This document shows, one piece after another, positions 33,775-38,714 of a stretch of DNA of 38,714 bases (positions are counted from its first letter, which is position 1; each line of letters opens with the position of its first letter). The translations under genes and the position numbers were made by a program. This DNA is from a candidate division Kazan bacterium RIFCSPLOWO2_01_FULL_48_13 (GTDB taxonomy: Bacteria; Patescibacteriota; Kazan-3B-28; UBA10110), in contig METE01000004.1 of NCBI GenBank assembly GCA_001771275.1, positions 97,073 through 135,786 on the forward strand, written 5' to 3'. The notes beneath the pieces are model-generated. The model searched no databases and was not told the origin of the DNA. It saw only the letters and a program-made list of their open reading frames with translations.

Positions 33775-34152
33775 TCAGGTAGTGGGAATTTTGGCTACCA
33801 TTTTGTTTTTGATCGTCGCCAGTATTTTAACGATTTCTTGGCCCTCCGTAAATACCTCATCCAGAGCAGAAAAATCCAATAACTTTCTACCCCTCAGTAT
33901 CCTTAACCAATACAGGGTTTCTTTGGCTTCTTTAAGGCTAATTGATAATTTGTGGATAAAATCCCGGTCCGACTGGGCCTCGCTGGCTTCCATCATATTA
34001 GCAGCGATCGAAGTAGCCGAACGCACCAACTGGCCAATCAGGGGACGCGATTTAAAATCCAACGCCACACCGTCAGTCAATGTCAGGACCAGATTAGCGA
34101 ACACCTCGCAACGATCATAGATATCAATTTTACTTCCCGCTCTTTCCCCCAT
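33775..34152 (-). CDS. Four-helix-bundle protein (23S rRNA intervening-sequence protein family); candidate DGR accessory protein Avd
   Basis: IGQLVRSATSIAANMMEASEAQSDRDFIHKLSISLKEAKETLYWLRIL is the family signature. It is on the same strand as the target and TR, 0.66 kb upstream of the target gene. It is flanked by CCAAT/ATTGG-rich inverted arms. Confidence 0.6.
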   Translation of the reverse strand: MGERAGSKIDIYDRCEVFANLVLTLTDGVALDFKSRPLIGQLVRSATSIAANMMEASEAQSDRDFIHKLSISLKEAKETLYWLRILRGRKLLDFSALDEVFTEGQEIVKILATIKNKMVAKIPTT

Positions 34153-34185
34153 TGGATATTGGAGATTGGATATTAGATTAAAAGA

Positions 34186-35778
34186 TTAATTCAAATAATC
34201 TTTTAATCTTTTGCTATCTTTGGATTTACGAAGTTTAGCCAAGGCCTTGGCTTCGATCTGACGGATGCGTTCGCGAGTAACCCCAAACTCCTGCCCCACC
34301 TCTTCCAAGGTATGCGCCCATTCATTATCCAAACCAAACCGAAGTTTTAAGATCTTCTGTTCGCGGGGGGTTAATAGATCCAATACCGAACCTACATCAC
34401 CACATAACAATTGATAAGCCGATTGCTCTTCGGGCGTTAGACTATCCTCATCCTTAATAAAGTCTCCTAATAAGCTATCGTCTTCATCCCCCACCGATTT
34501 CTCCAAACTGACCGTCTCCTGCGAAATTTTTAGGATATGATTAACCTTTTCTACTTCCAGGCCCATCTCGTTAGCGATCTCTTCTGGCGACGGATCACGA
34601 CCTAATTCTTGCACCAACTGGCGTTGAGTTCTGGCCAATCGGTTCATCGTCTCTACCATATGGACTGGGATGCGGATGGTGCGGGCCTGATCAGCGATCG
34701 CGCGGGTAATCGCCTGCCGAATCCACCAGGTGGCATAAGTGGAAAATTTGAATCCGCGGGTGTAGTCGAATTTCTCGACCGCTTTCATTAATCCGATATT
34801 CCCTTCCTGGATCAGATCCAACAGCGACAAACCTCGGCCAATATATTTCTTGGCGATGGAAACTACCAACCGCAAGTTAGCCTCGGCTAACTGCTTGGAG
34901 GCCACTTTATCGCCAGCGGCCACCCTTTTAGCCAAGGCCACCTCTTCGTGTTTTTTCAACAGCGCGATCTTGCCGATCTCTTTTAAATACATCCGGACAG
35001 AATCTTCGCTGATGGTCTCTTCGACATCATCTTCGCTCATCCGTTCTCTCGAAGCCCTCGCGCCTTTCTTGGGTTTCTTGGCAGCCGGCGTCGCTGCGTC
35101 AGCCCCCATCGCGCTCGTCTGCCAAATCAGATCATCCCGCATATCTACCACTTCAATGCCCAAATCAAAGAAAGCCTCGTAAAGTTTATCCAGCATTTCT
35201 ACATCTGTTTCGACATGGGGCAGCGATTGGGCAATCTCCTGTTGCGTCACAAAACCTTGCTCTTGTCCCTTGGCCACTAAATGCTCCACTTCGGGCGGGA
35301 AGGTGTGTTTTTTATACTTCTTTTTGATCTCCGCGATATCCGCAGCGTCCAGATCTTCTAAGGCCGGCACCTCGACCTCGGCCAGAATGGGCGCCTCGAC
35401 CTTGACGATCTTTTTGAAAACTTTCTTTTTGGGCGCAACCCTCTTCTTGGCGGTTTTTTTAACTGCCTTTTTCTTAGGTCGGGTAGTTTTTTTCTTTAAC
35501 CAAACTTTGCCTCCAGCCTGGCCACCGGCTTGGGACCTCTGGCTCGGAAAGCGGTTCCGGCCCGGAAGGCGCTTAGCTTTTTTAACCAGGCGCTTTTTAG
35601 CTGCCCGCTTCTTAGCCGGCTTCCGCGCCATCCGCCGTTTAGGCTTGGCCGACCTTTTCTTGGCGACTTTCTGTTTAATCGCCCGCTTGGGCTTAGCCTG
35701 CCCGCGGACGGGGGACGCGGCCAGGGCCTTTCTTACCGGCTTTCTCGACTTCTTTCTAATAGATTTTTTCTTAGCCAC
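34186..35778 (-). CDS. rpoD: RNA polymerase sigma-70 factor RpoD with a Lys/Ala/Arg-rich N-terminal extension of about 125 aa
   Basis: Region 2 [27 protein letters not shown], plus regions 3 and 4 ([12 protein letters not shown]...[13 protein letters not shown]). The N-terminus is [16 protein letters not shown]...[15 protein letters not shown]. Confidence 0.93.
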   Translation of the reverse strand: MAKKKSIRKKSRKPVRKALAASPVRGQAKPKRAIKQKVAKKRSAKPKRRMARKPAKKRAAKKRLVKKAKRLPGRNRFPSQRSQAGGQAGGKVWLKKKTTRPKKKAVKKTAKKRVAPKKKVFKKIVKVEAPILAEVEVPALEDLDAADIAEIKKKYKKHTFPPEVEHLVAKGQEQGFVTQQEIAQSLPHVETDVEMLDKLYEAFFDLGIEVVDMRDDLIWQTSAMGADAATPAAKKPKKGARASRERMSEDDVEETISEDSVRMYLKEIGKIALLKKHEEVALAKRVAAGDKVASKQLAEANLRLVVSIAKKYIGRGLSLLDLIQEGNIGLMKAVEKFDYTRGFKFSTYATWWIRQAITRAIADQARTIRIPVHMVETMNRLARTQRQLVQELGRDPSPEEIANEMGLEVEKVNHILKISQETVSLEKSVGDEDDSLLGDFIKDEDSLTPEEQSAYQLLCGDVGSVLDLLTPREQKILKLRFGLDNEWAHTLEEVGQEFGVTRERIRQIEAKALAKLRKSKDSKRLKDYLN

Positions 35779-35780
35779 AA

Positions 35781-37505
35781 TTACAAATGTTTAAACTGTT
35801 CTAATAAAATAGAGAGCTTCTCCTGATCCCCGGCTTGCTCAGCTGCCGAAACTTCGGCTTTAAGTCGAGCTAAGGTTTGTTTAACCTGCCGGCGCTGGAT
35901 CAAGTTGATATAAAAGTTGAGTTCCCCCTTAAGATCTGCTTCCGCCATATCGGCGTACTGTTCTTCAATAACCATTAGCAGCTCCAAGAGAGCCACCCGG
36001 TCATCGTAGGCTAAGCTCGCCAGTAAGTCATCTAACGAAAATTCGCTCTTAGAATAACAATTTGCGAGCTTCTCGTAAACTCTCTCCGACCACTCCCGCC
36101 ACCTTACCTGGCCTAATCTCTCCCGAAAATCAGGATAGTAGGCCGGCCGATACAGGATGATCCCTAATACCCGCTTATTCAACCAATCAGGATCTTTATC
36201 GGGGGAAGCGGGTTTTTCTTCCGTCTTAGCGGTTGAGCGAGGGGCTTTTAGCCTGCTCATCGCCTCATATAAGCTGTCGGTACTGGTACTAAGCCTGCCC
36301 GCCAGTTTTTTGATGTATTGGTCTTTCTCTACTGGGTCAATCAATAAACTGATGACCGAGAGCACCTCAGCGGCCACCTTCTTTTTGCCGGCCACCGTAT
36401 CCACCCCGAACTTATTGATAGAGTGGTCTAAATAGAAATCGATCACTGGGATAGCGCTCTCCACTATTTGCCTCCAGACATCAGCGCCCGCCTTGATACA
36501 ATCATCCGGATCTTTGTATTGGCCCAAGATAGCTACTTTAATATTTAAGTCATCGGTGGCTGCTAATTCGATCGCCCGTTTGGTCGCTTCTCCCCCGGCC
36601 GCATCCGCATCCAATGCCAGCACCAACGCTTCGCCGTATCGGCGGATTAGTTTTAATTGATCAAGAGTCAGCGCCGTACCCGAAGACGCTACTACATTTT
36701 TTATCCCCGCCTGATACGATGACAGCAGGTCCATTTGCCCTTCTACTAACACCGCATAGTTCTGAGCTTGAATATCTTCCTTGGTAGCGGATAGGCCGTA
36801 CAATATCCGCCCTTTTGAAAAAATAGCCGTCTCCGGTGAGTTTAGATATTTTGGCTGGTCTTCTGGATTAAGTACCCGACCAGTAAAACCAACCACCTTG
36901 CCGCTGGCGTTGGTGATCGGGAACATTAGCCGATGATGGAACTTATCGCTGTAACCGCGCGCCCGTTGGACCAATAATCCAGCCTTCTCGATATCTTCTA
37001 ACTTATACCCGCGCCGCTCTAAAAATTTGATCAGATAGTCCCAGCCCGATGGCGCGTAACCGATCCGAAAGGTTTTGGCGGTCTCTCGGGATAGTCCGCG
37101 ACTGACCAAATAGTTTAGCGCCTGCCGGCCTTCGGTGCTATCGGCGATCGCTTTCTCATAGAACTTGGCCGCCAGCTCGTTGATATTAAACAGAACATTT
37201 TTACTCCCCCATTCTCCGCTTGATCTTGACTGCAGCTGCACCCCGGCTTTCTCGGCCAACTGTGAGAGCGCCTCGGTAAACTCTAATCCCTCTTTCTCCA
37301 TCAAGAATCGAAAGGCGTCTCCCCCTTTGCCGCAACCGAAACAGTGCCAGATCTGTTTATCGGGACTGACCATAAATGAGGGCGTCTTCTCGCTATGGAA
37401 CGGACAGGTGCCTTTATAGTTGCGTCCCGCTTTTTTGAGTGGAATATACTGGCCGATCAGCTCGACCACATCTATCTTCGATTTAATTAGATCTAAATCG
37501 GTCAT
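35781..37505 (-). CDS. dnaG: DNA primase DnaG
   Basis: Zinc finger [11 protein letters not shown]...CFGCG and a TOPRIM region (EGQMD...DADAAG). It is adjacent to rpoD, the classic dnaG-rpoD arrangement. Confidence 0.93.
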   Translation of the reverse strand: MTDLDLIKSKIDVVELIGQYIPLKKAGRNYKGTCPFHSEKTPSFMVSPDKQIWHCFGCGKGGDAFRFLMEKEGLEFTEALSQLAEKAGVQLQSRSSGEWGSKNVLFNINELAAKFYEKAIADSTEGRQALNYLVSRGLSRETAKTFRIGYAPSGWDYLIKFLERRGYKLEDIEKAGLLVQRARGYSDKFHHRLMFPITNASGKVVGFTGRVLNPEDQPKYLNSPETAIFSKGRILYGLSATKEDIQAQNYAVLVEGQMDLLSSYQAGIKNVVASSGTALTLDQLKLIRRYGEALVLALDADAAGGEATKRAIELAATDDLNIKVAILGQYKDPDDCIKAGADVWRQIVESAIPVIDFYLDHSINKFGVDTVAGKKKVAAEVLSVISLLIDPVEKDQYIKKLAGRLSTSTDSLYEAMSRLKAPRSTAKTEEKPASPDKDPDWLNKRVLGIILYRPAYYPDFRERLGQVRWREWSERVYEKLANCYSKSEFSLDDLLASLAYDDRVALLELLMVIEEQYADMAEADLKGELNFYINLIQRRQVKQTLARLKAEVSAAEQAGDQEKLSILLEQFKHL

Positions 37506-37513
37506 GGCAGTAA

Positions 37514-38044
37514 TTACATTCCGGCCTTATTGGGCTCCGTTATATGCGCTAAATATTCCTCAAAAGCAATTTTCAACCACGGGGTAATATCGACATTGTT
37601 AATCTCACCCGCTAATTGCTGGACACTAACCCACTTACAATCCGAAACTTCGCTCGGATTGGGATTAATATTCCCGTCGTAATGCCCCATCAACAAGGTA
37701 CAGATCTCATTCTCGGAACCGATATCTTTATACTTCACCTGATACTGGAACTTAGAGATAAACTCTAATTTGCAAGAAAAACCCAGCTCTTCTTTGAGCC
37801 GCCTTTCTCCGGCCTGCTCATAGGTTTCAGTTTGATGAACATGGGTAGAGCAAGAAGTGTCCCAAAAATTAGGCCACAGCATTTTAGGGGCACTTCGCCG
37901 GGTTAGCAGGATCTCGCCCTGGTCATTGAAAATAAAGATCGTGATGGCCCGATGTAAAATACCGTCCCCCAAATGGCATCTAGCCTTGGCCTCTAAGCCA
38001 ACGATTTCGTCCTGCTCATTAACAATTACTATTTGTTCACTCAT
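37514..38044 (-). CDS. idi: Isopentenyl-diphosphate delta-isomerase, type 1 (Nudix fold)
   Basis: HRAITIFIFNDQGEILLTRRSAPKMLWPNFWDTSCSTH...ERRLKEELG matches the IDI-1 pattern. Confidence 0.8.
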   Translation of the reverse strand: MSEQIVIVNEQDEIVGLEAKARCHLGDGILHRAITIFIFNDQGEILLTRRSAPKMLWPNFWDTSCSTHVHQTETYEQAGERRLKEELGFSCKLEFISKFQYQVKYKDIGSENEICTLLMGHYDGNINPNPSEVSDCKWVSVQQLAGEINNVDITPWLKIAFEEYLAHITEPNKAGM

Positions 38045-38182
38045 AAATTACCGCATTAAATCTTCTATCGAGACACTAAGGGCTTCAACTATTTCCATCT
38101 GATGTCTCTGAGGTGACAAGTTGCATCATCAAGATGGGCAAAGTAGATCTGCATATCCGACATTGGGCGATGTAACGAGAAT

Positions 38183-38566
38183 TTATCGAACTAATAATTC
38201 CGGATCAAATCCCAGTTTAACTAACCTATCAAATAAAGGGCGAAGTTCTTCATTCGCCGCCGCTGCCGCTGCTACTGCCGGTCGCGTAATTTCATCCAAC
38301 CCCTCAAATGATTTTTGAGATAACGCCTGGTTAAAAGCAGCAATCGCTGTCTGACTATTCTCGCGTACGGTGGAATAAATTTCGTTCACATCAAGATGTG
38401 AAAACTCCGTCTCGAGCAGTTGGTCGATGGTGTCCATCACTTTTTTTCTCTCGGGATCGTGGCTCATTGTCCTATATATTCCACCCGGTAGATTAAAACG
38501 AAAGTTGTTCATATCGATAGGTTTTTCGTTTTCCGGTGATATGTTACCCTCTGATGGTTCTTTCAT
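38183..38566 (-). CDS. Hypothetical protein
   Basis: 127-aa ORF with a TAA stop and no recognisable motif. Confidence 0.4.
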   Translation of the reverse strand: MKEPSEGNISPENEKPIDMNNFRFNLPGGIYRTMSHDPERKKVMDTIDQLLETEFSHLDVNEIYSTVRENSQTAIAAFNQALSQKSFEGLDEITRPAVAAAAAANEELRPLFDRLVKLGFDPELLVR

Positions 38567-38714
38567 ACCGTTCCTTGATTAAAGTAAAAAGGAGATTTAT
38601 TATCGGCTGCGGCTCATATACTAACTGGCGGTGAGGGAGGGATTTACCCTGCCATATATATTCTATAGGTCGGGTATAAACTTCTCATCCCTCCTTCCAT
38701 CCAATCAACGATCT

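Noticed and set aside
28584-34120. ORFs 28584-28829, 30064-30276, 31585-31839, 33434-34120 and 26898-27224, with shared peptides such as SVRIAFLRQPSVVRQLTDEGWEEIIWDF or MAPGVGL
   Set aside because: The shared peptides are translations of the boundary repeats, hairpin modules and the antisense of tRNA genes. They have no SD or independent coding signal.

Overview
The window reads as a chromosomal segment from a small, streamlined bacterium. A Candidate Phyla Radiation/Patescibacteria-like origin is an inference from the intron-laden, unlinked 16S gene, short housekeeping proteins and dense hairpin repeats. All calls are by eye with no tools, so coordinates of RNA and repeat features are about +/- 3 nt. 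Most genes are on the minus strand. They include a 16S rRNA gene split by three intervening sequences (two encode LAGLIDADG endonucleases; one is a compact ORF-less group I intron), a GT2 glycosyltransferase, and an expanded heat-shock cluster: CIRCE-hrcA-grpE-yqfO-like-PD-(D/E)xK nuclease-dnaK-two lipoproteins-dnaJ. Further genes are lepA, a methyltransferase, murJ-ftsH-tilS, ftsB-like, rpoD-dnaG and idi. Five CAU-anticodon tRNAs and one tRNA-Asn are present, and several sit among tRNA fragments. The accessory part is about 28.3-34.2 kb. It holds a Fic gene and a wHTH-HATPase-STAS-like gene separated by copies of a repeat. It also holds the strongest signal in the window, a diversity-generating retroelement (DGR) template/variable repeat pair. 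Over 117 aligned nt there are 27 mismatches, and all 27 fall on template adenines of the coding strand. The variable repeat lies at the C-terminus of a 229-aa target gene, and an Avd-like four-helix-bundle gene is nearby. No reverse transcriptase is present anywhere in the 38.7 kb. The cassette is bracketed by copies of the 3' end of tRNA-Asn. Intergenic spacers are filled with a nested, MITE-like family of GC-rich hairpin repeats, with both filled and empty sites visible.
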